NCBI GenBank assembly: GCA_016929135.1
Contig: JAFGJK010000156.1
Span: 63,337 to 127,336 of the forward strand
Direction: 5' to 3'
DNA from: Spirochaetota bacterium
Lineage (GTDB): Bacteria; Spirochaetota; UBA4802; UBA5550
Length of the DNA stretch: 64,000 nt
The translations under genes were made by a program, and so were the position numbers. This document shows positions 51,150 to 61,282 of this stretch, piece by piece (within the stretch, counting starts at the first letter, position 1; each line of letters starts with the position of its first letter). The notes beneath the pieces were generated by a model. The model was not told the origin of the DNA, made no database searches, and saw only the letters and a list, made by a program, of their open reading frames with translations.

Positions 51150-51575
51150 TTAGGAATGATAATATCCGGTCCCCTCGCGGCGGCCCACGGCACCCCGGAC
51201 CTCTTCCTGGAGCGCAAGATAGGAGGGATCTGGATTCAGTTGAATGGCCCTGGCAATATGCCTCAGGGCGGAGACGAAGTCCCCCGCCTCATTGGCGTAG
51301 AACGACATCAGGAAATGAAGGCGGTCAAAGTCGGGGTCGAGCGCCGATGCCTTACTGAGCAGGTGGATCGCGTCGTGCCAGCGCTTCAGTTTCCCGTAGA
51401 CCTCCGCCAGCGTGATGTAGGCATAAATAAAATTCTCGTTCAGATCTATGGCTCGCTTGAGGAACTGTTCTGCCTTGGCCAGGTCGTTCTGTTCAATCCA
51501 CTGGCATCCGATCTCGTAGCTGTCCTCGGACTCCTGGTACTGATACTCCCTGTGCACGAGTTCCCGATGCTTCAT
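51150..51575 (-). CDS. Tetratricopeptide-repeat protein
   Basis: Three TPR-like helical pairs (..LAKAEQFLKRAIDLNENFIYAYITLAEVYGKLKRWHDAIHLLSKASALDPDF..). Confidence 0.6.
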   Translation of the reverse strand: MKHRELVHREYQYQESEDSYEIGCQWIEQNDLAKAEQFLKRAIDLNENFIYAYITLAEVYGKLKRWHDAIHLLSKASALDPDFDRLHFLMSFYANEAGDFVSALRHIARAIQLNPDPSYLALQEEVRGAVGRREGTGYYHS

Positions 51576-51576
51576 G

Positions 51577-52239
51577 TCAGCTCCCGGTCAGCCGTAGAAC
51601 CCTTGCGAGAAATTCCTCGGTCTCCCCTTCAGCGACTGCGGTGTTCAACTCCCGCAGCAATTCGTCGCTCTGCACGATCGTCTTCAGCAGTCTCCCCCTC
51701 CCCGGGGAATCTATTGTGGCGAAGGCATCGCTCTTCTGTAGCAGGGTTCGCGCCACCTTCAGAGCCTCCAACGTATCCTCCAGATCCGGAGGGAGAAATG
51801 CCTCGATGTCGCGGCGTATCCGCGCCGCCATGGCGGGAGAGTTCCCCCCCGTTGAGACGCTCACCGTGAGGTCGCCCCGCTGCAGGGTCGAGGGGACGAT
51901 AAAGGTGCAGTGTTCCGGATCGTCCACGGCATTGAGGAACAGGTTCCTCGATTTCGCCTCGCCGAGCACCGCCCGGTTGACGGATGGATCGTTCGTGGCT
52001 GAAAAGACGAGCGCCGCACCCTCCAGGTCACCCGGCTCATAGGTCCTGACGAGCATCCGGAGTCTGCCGTCGGAGGCAGCGGCCAGCGATTCCAGCTCAC
52101 CGCAGATATGAGGAGCCACTACGGTGACCATGGCTCCACGGCCCAGGAGCTCCTCCACCTTGCGCAGGGCCACATCGCCGCCGCCGATCACCACGACCGG
52201 CAGGCCCTCTATGTTCAGGAGCACGGGGTAGTAGTTCAT
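51577..52239 (-). CDS. sirC: Precorrin-2 dehydrogenase / sirohydrochlorin ferrochelatase (SirC/CysG N-domain type)
   Basis: NAD-binding VVVIGGGDVALRKVEELL, and ..SATNDPSVNRAV.. is typical of the siroheme synthase N-domain. Confidence 0.8.
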   Translation of the reverse strand: MNYYPVLLNIEGLPVVVIGGGDVALRKVEELLGRGAMVTVVAPHICGELESLAAASDGRLRMLVRTYEPGDLEGAALVFSATNDPSVNRAVLGEAKSRNLFLNAVDDPEHCTFIVPSTLQRGDLTVSVSTGGNSPAMAARIRRDIEAFLPPDLEDTLEALKVARTLLQKSDAFATIDSPGRGRLLKTIVQSDELLRELNTAVAEGETEEFLARVLRLTGS

Positions 52240-52249
52240 TCCTCCCGCC

Positions 52250-53524
52250 TCAGGTACAGAGGAACTCCCCCGGTACGGGGAAATCCTCTCCTCGTCTCTT
52301 CAGTTCCTCCGCCATCTCGCCGGTGAGGCCGATCTCATCATCGGTGAGATAGCACTGCGGATCCGGAGCCCAGGGATCGCCGTAGGTCCTGAAGGCCCTG
52401 ACACGCATGGCGCCGTTGCACAGCTCCCGGTGCATGCAGAGGCGGCACCTCCCCTTTATTCGCCCGGGTTTGTGCTTCAGGCCGTGCATCAGATCGTCGC
52501 CTTCGTCGAGCCAGATCTCCCCGAAGCTCCTGTTCCGCACGTTCCCGAAGGAGTGGTCCTGCCAGAACTGATCCGGGTGAACCTCGCCGAAAAAATCGAC
52601 GCACCCTATCCCCACCCCCGTGGAATTGGCGCCACCGCCGTTCCATGTCAGGAGACGATGCACCTCCGCCGCACGGGCCGGGTCCTTCTCCCTCAGTCTG
52701 AGATAAAGATACACACCGTCACAGTGGTTGTCCACGGTGAGTATGTTTATATCGAGTCCCCGCCTGAAATAGTCCTCGGTCCTGTCCAGGATAGTGTCCA
52801 TGGCCTGGCGCGATTCGCAGTGCGTCAGGTCGTCGGCGAAGAGGTCCTTCCCCCTGCCGGAATAGACGAGATGATAAAAGCAGGCCCTGTTGATGCGCTC
52901 CTTTTCGATGAAGTCGAAGATGCGGTCCAGATCCCGGTAGTTCCTCTTGGTCAGGGTGAGCCGGAGCCCCACCCGCTGCCCCACAGCAACGCACTGCTCA
53001 AAGCCCTTCATGGCCCTGGCGAAGGCGCCCCGCACCCCCCTGAAGAGATCGTTGTTCTCCTCCATGCCGTCCAGGCTGATCCCCACGTAGACGACGCCGG
53101 TATCCTTGATCGCCCTGGCGGCGTCACGGTCGATGAGGGTGCCGTTGGTGGATATGACCGGCCGTATGGAACGGTCCGAGGCGTGCCCGATCAGTGTGAA
53201 GAGGTCCTTTCTCATCAGGGGCTCGCCTCCGGAGAAAAGAAGCGAGGGCACCGTGAAATCGGCGAGGTCTTCGATGAACCTCTTCCCCTCCTCGGTGGTG
53301 AGCTCGCCCGCGTAGACCCGGTTGTCTGAATCGGTGTAGCAGTGGACGCACTTCAGGTTGCACGACCTGGTGACGTTCCACACCACGATGGGTCGTCGCT
53401 CCGATGCGGATTTCGGCACGGGATGGGGACTGTTGCCGTGGGCGTCCTGCACCCCCTCAATGCCATAGCGTATCGTATCGCCGGTGGAAATGCCCCGGCA
53501 GCTCAATTTCCCGATGTCAATCAC
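52250..53524 (-). CDS. Radical-SAM/SPASM enzyme of the AhbC/AhbD/NirJ family (alternative heme biosynthesis)
   Basis: CxxxCxxC motif CNLKCVHCY, and a C-terminal SPASM Cys cluster (GCVDFFGEVHPD...CRLCMHRELCNGAMRVRA). It sits in the ahb cluster. The GTG start overlaps the upstream stop. Confidence 0.75.
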   Translation of the reverse strand: MIDIGKLSCRGISTGDTIRYGIEGVQDAHGNSPHPVPKSASERRPIVVWNVTRSCNLKCVHCYTDSDNRVYAGELTTEEGKRFIEDLADFTVPSLLFSGGEPLMRKDLFTLIGHASDRSIRPVISTNGTLIDRDAARAIKDTGVVYVGISLDGMEENNDLFRGVRGAFARAMKGFEQCVAVGQRVGLRLTLTKRNYRDLDRIFDFIEKERINRACFYHLVYSGRGKDLFADDLTHCESRQAMDTILDRTEDYFRRGLDINILTVDNHCDGVYLYLRLREKDPARAAEVHRLLTWNGGGANSTGVGIGCVDFFGEVHPDQFWQDHSFGNVRNRSFGEIWLDEGDDLMHGLKHKPGRIKGRCRLCMHRELCNGAMRVRAFRTYGDPWAPDPQCYLTDDEIGLTGEMAEELKRRGEDFPVPGEFLCT

Positions 53525-54555
53525 TTCGCGGTATCCCTGTTGTTCCAGTTTTTAAAGAGAGGCGAGAAATAGATCACCTTCTCCTTTTTCAGCTCCCTCA
53601 GTGTGGTGAGCACTATATGATCCACCACGCCCGAATCACGCGCCAGCCGCGCAATGATGGCGGCCAGCTCCCCATCGCTCTTCGCGTGAATCATGGCGAA
53701 GAGGGGATACTCCCATCTCCCCGGATGCACCGTGCGCCGGTAGATGTGGGTGATGGCCCCCTCCCTGCCGAAACGCTCCGCCACACCGTCGATCTCTTCA
53801 GGTCGGAGGGGCCGCCATGCCGTCATGGCGTTCGCCCTGAATCCGGTATGAGCGGGCCGTATCACCGCAGAGTAGCGGCGCATATAGCCGGTCCGCTTCA
53901 TCGCGTCTCCGATGGAGAGGAGTGAGCCCGGGGCGAGTCTACTTTCGGATTCCTTCACGAGCCTTTCGAAGGGCTCTCTCTCCAGGGGGAGGTCCTGCTG
54001 GAGGAGCAGTATTGCATCGCGCTCCGCGGCGCTGAAGGGCCGCGTCGCCGGCCTCGATCGCGCCGGTGCCGGCATGTCCCCGTTGTCCTCATCGTCGCCC
54101 CCCACGTTCAACCTGAGGCCGATCTTGTACATCTTCTCATTCTTGAAACTCAATACGTCTGTCGCGCCCGCCCTTTCTGCGATAGAGCGGACCGTTTCAG
54201 CGAGCAGTTCCTCCCGTTCCTCCGCCAGGGTGAACCAGAGATTGTAGCGGTGGTCTCTGAGATAGTTATGGCTCACGCCGGGATGTGAGTTGATGACCTC
54301 CGCCGCTTCCTCGATGCGCTCCCCAGGGACCTGCAGCGCCACCAGTGTCGACGAATAGCCGAGGCCCGACGGCTCGAATATTCCGGCGATATTCCGCACC
54401 GATCGGCGCCGCTTCAGGGCCCCGATGGTTTCTATCACCGTCTCCTCGGGGAGTCCGATCTCGGTACCGATCTCGCTGAAGGGCCGTTCCACCAGGGGAA
54501 TGTCCTTCTGGATCCTGTTGAGCACCTTCGTCTCTGTCCCGGTGAACACCGTCAT
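53521..54555 (-). CDS. ahbAB: Siroheme decarboxylase, fused AhbA-AhbB (NirDL-like, two Lrp/AsnC-type modules)
   Basis: Two tandem AsnC-like HTH plus RAM modules (TETKVLNRIQKDIPLVERPFSEIG... and SAAERDAILLLQQDLPLEREPFERL...). Real start ATG 54555 (MTVFTG), ATGA-coupled to the upstream radical-SAM gene. The longer track ORF N-terminus is out-of-frame overlap. Confidence 0.75.
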   Translation of the reverse strand: MTVFTGTETKVLNRIQKDIPLVERPFSEIGTEIGLPEETVIETIGALKRRRSVRNIAGIFEPSGLGYSSTLVALQVPGERIEEAAEVINSHPGVSHNYLRDHRYNLWFTLAEEREELLAETVRSIAERAGATDVLSFKNEKMYKIGLRLNVGGDDEDNGDMPAPARSRPATRPFSAAERDAILLLQQDLPLEREPFERLVKESESRLAPGSLLSIGDAMKRTGYMRRYSAVIRPAHTGFRANAMTAWRPLRPEEIDGVAERFGREGAITHIYRRTVHPGRWEYPLFAMIHAKSDGELAAIIARLARDSGVVDHIVLTTLRELKKEKVIYFSPLFKNWNNRDTAK

Positions 54556-55604
54556 CCCCCTGCCCGTTTCGGGACATAGACGCAGTAGGGCTCTTCCGCC
54601 AGGTGGTTCCCGGTCTCGTAGAAGGCCCTGGCCCTGCAGCCGGCGCAGAAGGCCCGGTATTCGCAGTGTCCGCACTTCCCCTGGAGACCGGAGAGGTCCC
54701 TGAGGGAGGCAAAAATACCTGAATTCTCCCAAATCTCCCGGAAGGGGTTCTCCGTGACGTTGCCAGCCACAAGGGGGAGATATCCGCAGGGCTGTACGTC
54801 TCCTCTGTGGGAAATGAAGCAGACCCCGGTCCCGGCGAGACAGCCCCTGGTGATTGCCGACATCCCGTCGCTCTCGAAGGTGATCTGCCGCCCCTCCCGG
54901 GCCGCCCGCTGGCGGATTATCCTGTAGTAATGGGGCGCACAGGTGGCCTTCAGCTCCATGGTCACCCGTTTGGACACGTCGTAAAACCAGTTGAGCACCT
55001 CCTCGTAGCGCTCCTTGTGTATCATGTCGGACTCGGCGATCTCCACTCCGCACCCCACCGGCACCAGCATGAACAGGTGCAGCGCCCGGGCTCCCAGTCT
55101 CGTGGCGAGGTCCACGATCCTCTCCAGGGAGTCCACGTTCCTCCTGGTGACGGTGGTGTTGATCTGGAACTCGACACCGGCCTCCTTCAGGAATCCTATC
55201 CCCCTCAGTGCCTCTTCGAAGCAGCCGGGGATTCCCCGAAAACTGTCGTGCATCGCGGCATCGGCACCGTCCAGTGAGACGCTCACCCTTCCGATGCCGG
55301 CCGAGCGGATCCTTTCGGCCGTATCGGCGGTGATGAGGGTGCCGTTGGTGGCCAGGGCCACCGTCAGTCCCTTCGCCGAGGCGTACGTCGCGATGTCGAA
55401 CACATCGTGCCGGTAGAGGGGTTCGCCGCCGGTGAGGATCAGTATCGGGGTGTAGGAACCTGCGATATCGTCGATGATCCTGATGATCTCATCGTACACG
55501 AGGTCGTCACTCTCCTGCGCCTCGGCCTCGGCGCGGCAATGCAGGCAGCTCAGGTTACAACGCTTAGTGAGCTCCCAGAATATAAGTCGGGGTACGTTTT
55601 TCAT
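54552..55604 (-). CDS. Radical-SAM/SPASM enzyme of the AhbD/AhbC family (heme synthase-like)
   Basis: CxxxCxxC motif CNLSCLHCR, and SPASM Cys-rich C-terminus (CGHCEYRAFCAGCRARA); 350 aa. Confidence 0.75.
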   Translation of the reverse strand: MKNVPRLIFWELTKRCNLSCLHCRAEAEAQESDDLVYDEIIRIIDDIAGSYTPILILTGGEPLYRHDVFDIATYASAKGLTVALATNGTLITADTAERIRSAGIGRVSVSLDGADAAMHDSFRGIPGCFEEALRGIGFLKEAGVEFQINTTVTRRNVDSLERIVDLATRLGARALHLFMLVPVGCGVEIAESDMIHKERYEEVLNWFYDVSKRVTMELKATCAPHYYRIIRQRAAREGRQITFESDGMSAITRGCLAGTGVCFISHRGDVQPCGYLPLVAGNVTENPFREIWENSGIFASLRDLSGLQGKCGHCEYRAFCAGCRARAFYETGNHLAEEPYCVYVPKRAGG

Positions 55605-56914
55605 TTTATGCTTTTAAACAGTTCGTCCACAATCGTTTCGATGTCCACGTGGCCGCTTGATTTCGACGCCTGGTACCGCTTGATCGCCATGATGGGATTG
55701 TGGAGCGTCTTGGTCATGATCTGATGCGTCATCTCGTCCAGTATCCTGAAATCCTCCTCCGAGAGGTGCTTCAGCTTCCTCCTCCGGTACTTCTCCAGCT
55801 CCTTCTTCCTGACCTCGTTGAAGCTGCGCCGCATCTTCGTGATCAGCGGAACCACCTCAAGCTCGTCGTACCATTTCATGAACTCGCCGGTATCGGCGGC
55901 GATGATCTGCCTCGCCAGGTCCACCTCGTTGAGCCGGTTCTTCATGTTGGCCTGGGCGATCATCTTCAGGTCGTCGATATCGAAGAGGTGCACGCCATTG
56001 ACCTCCCGAGACGCGGGCTCGATGTTCCTGGGCACCGCGATGTCGATCATGAAGAGGGCGCGCCCGTGCCTGCGCTTCATGATCTTATCCGCCATGGGGC
56101 GCGTGACCAGGTAATCCTGGCACGTCACCGAGGTGATAATGATGTCGCTCTCGCAGGCGTTCTCGACAATGTCGTTCAGCGTTACGACGTTCGCCTTTAT
56201 ATTGAAGTCCTTTATTATTCTCTCGGCGTTATGGAGCGACCTGTTGGCAATGGTAACCCCGCCTATCTTCTGCTTGGACAGGTATTTCACTATCAGTTCG
56301 CCCATCTCGCCTGCGCCTATCAACAGTGCCCTTCTGTCGGCGAGATCGCCCAGGACACTCACTGCCTGCTCTGTGGCGATATAGGCGATGGAGAGCGGAT
56401 TCTGCGAGATGTCTGTCTCGGTCTTGACCCTCTTGGCGGTGCTGAAGGCCTGGTGGAAGAGCCTGTTCATGAGCATTCCGGTGTTTGTGCACTGCACCGC
56501 CGTTCGGTAGGCGGCCTTGACCTGGCTCAGTATCTCGTTCTCTCCTATCACCATCGAATCGAGCGATGATGTCACGGTGAAGAGGTGCGTCACCGCCTCG
56601 CCCGAAAATTTCCTGTAGAGATAGGGTTCGAACTCGGAGCGGGCCATGCCTGAATGCGCCTCCAGGAGTCCGATGCACCGGTCCAGCGCCTCATCGGGAT
56701 GCAGCGCCGTAAAGTATATGGACACCCTGTTGCAGGTGGAGATGTACACCATCTCCTCGATCCCCGCCTCTCTGGCCTTCTCGAAGAAGGCCGGTTGCTC
56801 CTCGGCCGTCAGCGCAAAGCGCTCCCGTATTTCCACCGGCGCCGATTTGTGGCTGATGCCGAGGAGTATGAATTCCGGTATATTCCGCCTTTCCCTGTGT
56901 CTTTTGGTCATCAT
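55601..56914 (-). CDS. hemA: Glutamyl-tRNA reductase
   Basis: ..LLGISHKSAPVEIRE..., catalytic-Cys region YISTCNRVSIYF, and NADPH-binding LLIGAGEMGEL. Confidence 0.9.
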   Translation of the reverse strand: MMTKRHRERRNIPEFILLGISHKSAPVEIRERFALTAEEQPAFFEKAREAGIEEMVYISTCNRVSIYFTALHPDEALDRCIGLLEAHSGMARSEFEPYLYRKFSGEAVTHLFTVTSSLDSMVIGENEILSQVKAAYRTAVQCTNTGMLMNRLFHQAFSTAKRVKTETDISQNPLSIAYIATEQAVSVLGDLADRRALLIGAGEMGELIVKYLSKQKIGGVTIANRSLHNAERIIKDFNIKANVVTLNDIVENACESDIIITSVTCQDYLVTRPMADKIMKRRHGRALFMIDIAVPRNIEPASREVNGVHLFDIDDLKMIAQANMKNRLNEVDLARQIIAADTGEFMKWYDELEVVPLITKMRRSFNEVRKKELEKYRRRKLKHLSEEDFRILDEMTHQIMTKTLHNPIMAIKRYQASKSSGHVDIETIVDELFKSIK

Positions 56915-56956
56915 ATCATATGGATTGAAATCGACGCGGAGCGATAATTCACCGCA

Positions 56957-58249
56957 TCACTTCAGTATCTCCCGCAGCGATTCCGCCGCGGCGTCGGCGG
57001 TCCTCTCTATCTCGCCGTCTCCATGCGTCGTCGAGAGAAATCCCACCTCATACCCCGACGGCGAGAGATACACGCCCCGTTTCAGCATCTCCCCGTGGAA
57101 GCGGGCGAAGAGCTTCATATCCGAGGCCTTCACATGCTCCAGGTTCCTCACCGATGTGCCGGAATTGAAATAGAGGGCGAATATCGATTCCAGTTGGAGG
57201 AAGAGTACCCTCCCCCGGTATTGATCGAGAACAGGGCCGAGACGCTGCTTCAGCCTCATCGCACGGTTTTGCAACGTGCCGTAGGCATCGATGGCCTCGA
57301 GCCTGCGCAGCGTGGCGATGCCGGCGGCCATTGCCAGAGGATTCCCCGATAGCGTGCCGGCCTGGTATACGGGCCCCTCCGGCGCCACGAGGCTCATGAT
57401 CTCCCGAGACGCGCCGTACGCCCCCACCGGGAGCCCCCCGCCGATGATCTTTCCCAGCGTTGTGATATCGGCCCTGACGCCAAAGTATTCCTGGGCCCCG
57501 CCGGGGGCGAGCCGCAGTCCCGTGATCACCTCGTCGAATATGAGCAGCACCCCATGGCGATCGCAGAGCTCCCGTACCCCCTTCAGGTATCCGGCATCGG
57601 GGACGATGAGCCCGTAGTTGCAGGGGACCGGCTCCAGGATGAAGGCCGCCACCGTCCCATCGTGCCTCTTCAGCGTCTCCTCCAGGGCCCCCAGGTCGTT
57701 ATAGGGGATCACCAGGGTGTCCCTTGCGTTGCCGGGGGTGACCCCGGCGGAATCCGGCGTGCCGAAGGTGGCCAGCCCGGATCCGCCCGCCACCAGCAGA
57801 TGGTCCGCATGGCCGTGGTAGCACCCGTCGCATTTGATTATCCTTTCTTTCCCGGTATACCCCCGGGCGAGCCTGATGGCGCTCATGGTGGCCTCGGTAC
57901 CGGAACTCACGAATCGCATCTTCTCCATGGAGGCGAAGCGGCCCGTCACCGCTTCGGCGATTTCCACCTCGTACCTATTGGGTGTGCCGAAGCTGGTCCC
58001 CTTCGCCGCCGCGCCGGTCACCGCCGCGACGACCTCGTCGTCGGCGTGCCCGAGGATCAGGGGGCCCCATGACATGCAGTAGTCGATGAACTCGTTGCCG
58101 TCCTCGTCCCAGATCCTGGCCCCCTTCCCCTTCTGGATAAAGAGGGGCTCCCCCCCGACGGATTTAAAGGCCCGCACCGGAGAGTTCACCCCGCCCGGCA
58201 GGAGCTCCTGGGCCCTCCTGTACAGTTCCCGCGATCGCCCGATCTCCAT
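56957..58249 (-). CDS. hemL: Glutamate-1-semialdehyde 2,1-aminomutase
   Basis: MEIGRSRELYRRAQELLPGGVNSPVRAF..., and the PLP-lysine motif near TTLGKIIGGGLPVGAYG. The start is chosen at MEIGRS, matching the canonical HemL N-terminus. Confidence 0.92.
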   Translation of the reverse strand: MEIGRSRELYRRAQELLPGGVNSPVRAFKSVGGEPLFIQKGKGARIWDEDGNEFIDYCMSWGPLILGHADDEVVAAVTGAAAKGTSFGTPNRYEVEIAEAVTGRFASMEKMRFVSSGTEATMSAIRLARGYTGKERIIKCDGCYHGHADHLLVAGGSGLATFGTPDSAGVTPGNARDTLVIPYNDLGALEETLKRHDGTVAAFILEPVPCNYGLIVPDAGYLKGVRELCDRHGVLLIFDEVITGLRLAPGGAQEYFGVRADITTLGKIIGGGLPVGAYGASREIMSLVAPEGPVYQAGTLSGNPLAMAAGIATLRRLEAIDAYGTLQNRAMRLKQRLGPVLDQYRGRVLFLQLESIFALYFNSGTSVRNLEHVKASDMKLFARFHGEMLKRGVYLSPSGYEVGFLSTTHGDGEIERTADAAAESLREILK

Positions 58250-58263
58250 TCCTTCCTTCACCC

Positions 58264-59235
58264 TCATAAAAGTTCCTGCCGGAACACGTCCCTGGTGTGA
58301 TACGAGATTATCATGTCGGCGCCGGCGCGGAAGATCGATGTCAGGATCTCCGTCACCAGCGCCTGCTCGTTCGCGAATCCCCTCTCCCCCATGAGCTTCA
58401 CCATGGAGTACTCGCCGCTGACGTTGTAGGCGCACAGGGGGAGCAGCACCTCGTCCCTGACCCGCGAGATGATGTCCAGGTAGGAAAGGGCCGGCTTCAC
58501 CATGACGATGTCGGCCCCCTCCTCGATGTCCAGCGCCACCTCCCGAAGGGCCTCCCTGGCGTTCCTGAAGTCCATCTGGTAGGACTTTCGGTCGCCGAAG
58601 CGGGGCGCGCTCCCGGCCGCCTCCCTGAAGGGTCCGTAAAAGGCCGAGGCGTACTTTGCCGCGTAGGACATTATCGGCAGGTCGGAGAATCCGCCGTCAT
58701 CCAGGACCCTGCGTATCGCCTCTACCCGTCCGTCCATCATGTCCGAGGGGGCCACGATGTCGGCCCCCGCCTCGGCGTGACTCAGGGCGGTCTTCGCGAT
58801 CAGGTCCATGGAGGGATCGTTCTGCACCCCCTTCTCCGAGACCACGCCGCAGTGCCCGTGATCGGTGTACTCGCAGAGGCAGACGTCGGTGATGCACAGG
58901 ATCTCAGGGAACCTCTTCTTTATCTCGCGAACGCCCCGCTGGATGATCCCCCGGGGGTCGTAGGCGCCGGAGCCCACGGCGTCCTTATGCGCCGGGATGC
59001 CGAAGAGGAGGATGCTGTGAATGCCAAGGGAGAGATCGCTCTCCAGTTCGCCCAGCAGCAAGTCCACGGATACGCGGCTGATCCCCGGCATTGAGGGGAT
59101 CTCCTCACGCACCCCCTCCCCCTCCACCAGGAAATGGGGCATGATGAGCTTCTTCCTGTCCGGTATCGTTTCCGCCACCAAGGTCCTGACGGCGGCTGAG
59201 CCGCGGTTTCTTCTGGGTCTGTGGATCAATCTCAT
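58264..59235 (-). CDS. hemB: Porphobilinogen synthase (delta-aminolevulinate dehydratase)
   Basis: Zinc-site Cys triad ITDVCLCEYTDHGHCG, and active-site lysines ...IVMVKPA.... Confidence 0.93.
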   Translation of the reverse strand: MRLIHRPRRNRGSAAVRTLVAETIPDRKKLIMPHFLVEGEGVREEIPSMPGISRVSVDLLLGELESDLSLGIHSILLFGIPAHKDAVGSGAYDPRGIIQRGVREIKKRFPEILCITDVCLCEYTDHGHCGVVSEKGVQNDPSMDLIAKTALSHAEAGADIVAPSDMMDGRVEAIRRVLDDGGFSDLPIMSYAAKYASAFYGPFREAAGSAPRFGDRKSYQMDFRNAREALREVALDIEEGADIVMVKPALSYLDIISRVRDEVLLPLCAYNVSGEYSMVKLMGERGFANEQALVTEILTSIFRAGADMIISYHTRDVFRQELL

Positions 59236-59389
59236 GGTTCAGACATCATATCCAGGATATCAGATACTTATCAGGAATGGTGGTTATTTTGGCAAGTAAT
59301 TTAATGTTCAAATTCCATCCGGTGTAGTCCGGTGCGGGACCCCGCGGTCATGGAAAAGAGTGCCGCAACTCGCCCGATGATCCTTTGCA

Positions 59390-60028
59390 TCAATCCTCTC
59401 GGTGGGATCGTCGCCTCAGCCGTCTGTACGAGCGCTCCCCCTCCAGAATCAGAAAACCGGAGACCGTCACATAGTCGGTGGCGTCCCCCGGATCCACTGA
59501 AAAAACCCGGTGGAGCAGCAGCGTCGCCAGAATGACATAACACAGGATCATCGCCGCCCTGAGAGGGGTCGGCAGCGCCTTCAATCGCGGCTCCACCATA
59601 TATCCGCCGCCATGGCGCTCCACGAAGACGAGAAGGAGCAGCACCAGGGATACCAGCGCCTGCAGCGTATAGATCAGCTGCGCCAACACCTCCACCGGCG
59701 ATGGGGTAAAGGGCCGCATGTAGACGAGCGACTGCAGCATGACGGAGATCATCGTGGATCCCAGGAGGACCAGCATCGATGCCAGAGGTCTCCACTCTTC
59801 CGGGGGTTTTACACAGCTCACAACGAGCACGACGGTGCCGTACAGGTACAGCACCATGGGCAATCTACGGTTCATTGCCAGGAGCGACGTTATGGGGTGG
59901 GGGCGGCCGAAGTACAGGCTATGAAATACGGCGGTGGCGAACATCAGAAGCGTGTATTCCATGCTCACGGCCGGTGAGATGACATTCCTGAATACCCTTG
60001 AAATCGAGTTCCCGAGTTTCTGTATCAT
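59390..60028 (-). CDS. Hypothetical polytopic membrane protein (possible HemX/CcsA-like heme-handling protein), divergent from hemC
   Basis: About 210 aa with 6 or more hydrophobic helices (..TLLMFATAVFHSLYF.., ..LVLLGSTMISVMLQSLVY.., ..LVSLVLLLLVFV..). Its position between hemB and hemC resembles the hemX position in other hem clusters. The start is uncertain. Confidence 0.4.
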   Translation of the reverse strand: MIQKLGNSISRVFRNVISPAVSMEYTLLMFATAVFHSLYFGRPHPITSLLAMNRRLPMVLYLYGTVVLVVSCVKPPEEWRPLASMLVLLGSTMISVMLQSLVYMRPFTPSPVEVLAQLIYTLQALVSLVLLLLVFVERHGGGYMVEPRLKALPTPLRAAMILCYVILATLLLHRVFSVDPGDATDYVTVSGFLILEGERSYRRLRRRSHRED

Positions 60029-60334
60029 CCCCCACCCATGAACAGATAACAGAGCGATATCATCGCACCCTGCCACATATATTCGCTCAGTCAAGGGATA
60101 TTTGCCCAGAAAGAGCGCAACCGGCACGGGATAGGTGAAGATCCGAAGGCGCGGGGACACAGGGACGTCCGGCAAAGGAATTCTCCAGACGCATTTTTGT
60201 CACAAGGTTCATCATAATATGAAGAAAAATCGTTGAAAAAAAATGCGATCCACTGGGTATTCGATCATTATGCCTGTACTCCCAAACTCTTCTGCAACAG
60301 CTCCCGTGGCGTCGCCACCACGGAGGGTACGCCG

Positions 60335-61282
60335 GTGAAGACCGTCAGGATCGGCACGAGAGGAAGCGCCCTGGCACTGGCACAGAGCGGATGGGTCAAA
60401 TCCCTCCTTGAGAAGGCCCATCCCCATCGGCCCATAGAGTTGGTGGTCATAAAGACCACGGGGGACAGGATACTGGATTCCCCCCTTTCGAAAATCGGCG
60501 ACAAGGGCCTCTTCACCCGCGAGATCGAGGAACAACTCCTCAGAGGGGAGATCCATCTAGCGGTGCACTCAATGAAGGACCTCCCCACGAAACTGCCGGA
60601 GGGGCTGGCAATAGGCGCCACCACGAAACGGGAGGACCCCTGTGACGTCTTCATATCCAAGGGTGGGCTCCGGCTCGCCGACCTGAAGGGGGGAGACGCC
60701 GTCGCCACCAGCAGCCTCAGGAGACGGTCGCAGCTTCTGGCGATGGTTCCCGGCCTTACGATCATGGACATCCGCGGGAACCTGGGCACCAGGATCGATA
60801 AGATGCATGCCAACCCTGTCCTGAAGGGACTCGTCCTGGCGCACGCCGGGCTGATTCGCCTCGGAATGACCGACGGGATCACCGAGGTGATCCCCCGCGA
60901 CGTGATCATTCCGGCCGTAGGACAGGCCTCCCTGGCAGTGGAGGTGCGCAGCGGGGACGGCGACATTCTTGAAATGGTCTCGTCGGTCAACGATCACGGA
61001 GCCGCCTGCGAGATCCAGTGCGAGCGGAGCTTCATGCACGCGCTGGGGGGCGGGTGCCAGGTCCCGGTGGCCGGCTCCGCGACGGTGACGGGGGAACGCA
61101 TCACCCTCACCGGTATGGTGGCCTCGCTGGACGGGAAAACCTGCTACCGGGAGACCCGCACCGCCGGGCTGGAGGAACGCGAGCTGCTCGGCAGGGAGCT
61201 GGCGGAGACGCTCCTGGATCGGGGCGCCAGGGGGATACTGGACGATATCTATAAGGGCTGCGGCAGCCGGGAGGGCGCATGA
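60335..61282 (+). CDS. hemC: Hydroxymethylbilane synthase (porphobilinogen deaminase)
   Basis: VKTVRIGTRGSALALAQ..., ..LAVHSMKDLP.., and the cofactor-Cys region GGCQVPVAG. GTG start at 60335 with GGAGGG 7 nt upstream. Confidence 0.9.
   Translation: MKTVRIGTRGSALALAQSGWVKSLLEKAHPHRPIELVVIKTTGDRILDSPLSKIGDKGLFTREIEEQLLRGEIHLAVHSMKDLPTKLPEGLAIGATTKREDPCDVFISKGGLRLADLKGGDAVATSSLRRRSQLLAMVPGLTIMDIRGNLGTRIDKMHANPVLKGLVLAHAGLIRLGMTDGITEVIPRDVIIPAVGQASLAVEVRSGDGDILEMVSSVNDHGAACEIQCERSFMHALGGGCQVPVAGSATVTGERITLTGMVASLDGKTCYRETRTAGLEERELLGRELAETLLDRGARGILDDIYKGCGSREGA

Noticed and set aside
53521-55053. 510-aa ORF from the track, apparently extending the siroheme decarboxylase gene by 167 N-terminal residues
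   Set aside because: The extra N-terminal part is the alternative frame of the overlapping radical-SAM gene (54552..55604) and is Arg/Gly-rich nonsense. The conserved AsnC-like module begins at MTVFTG (ATG 54555), which is ATGA-coupled to the upstream stop.
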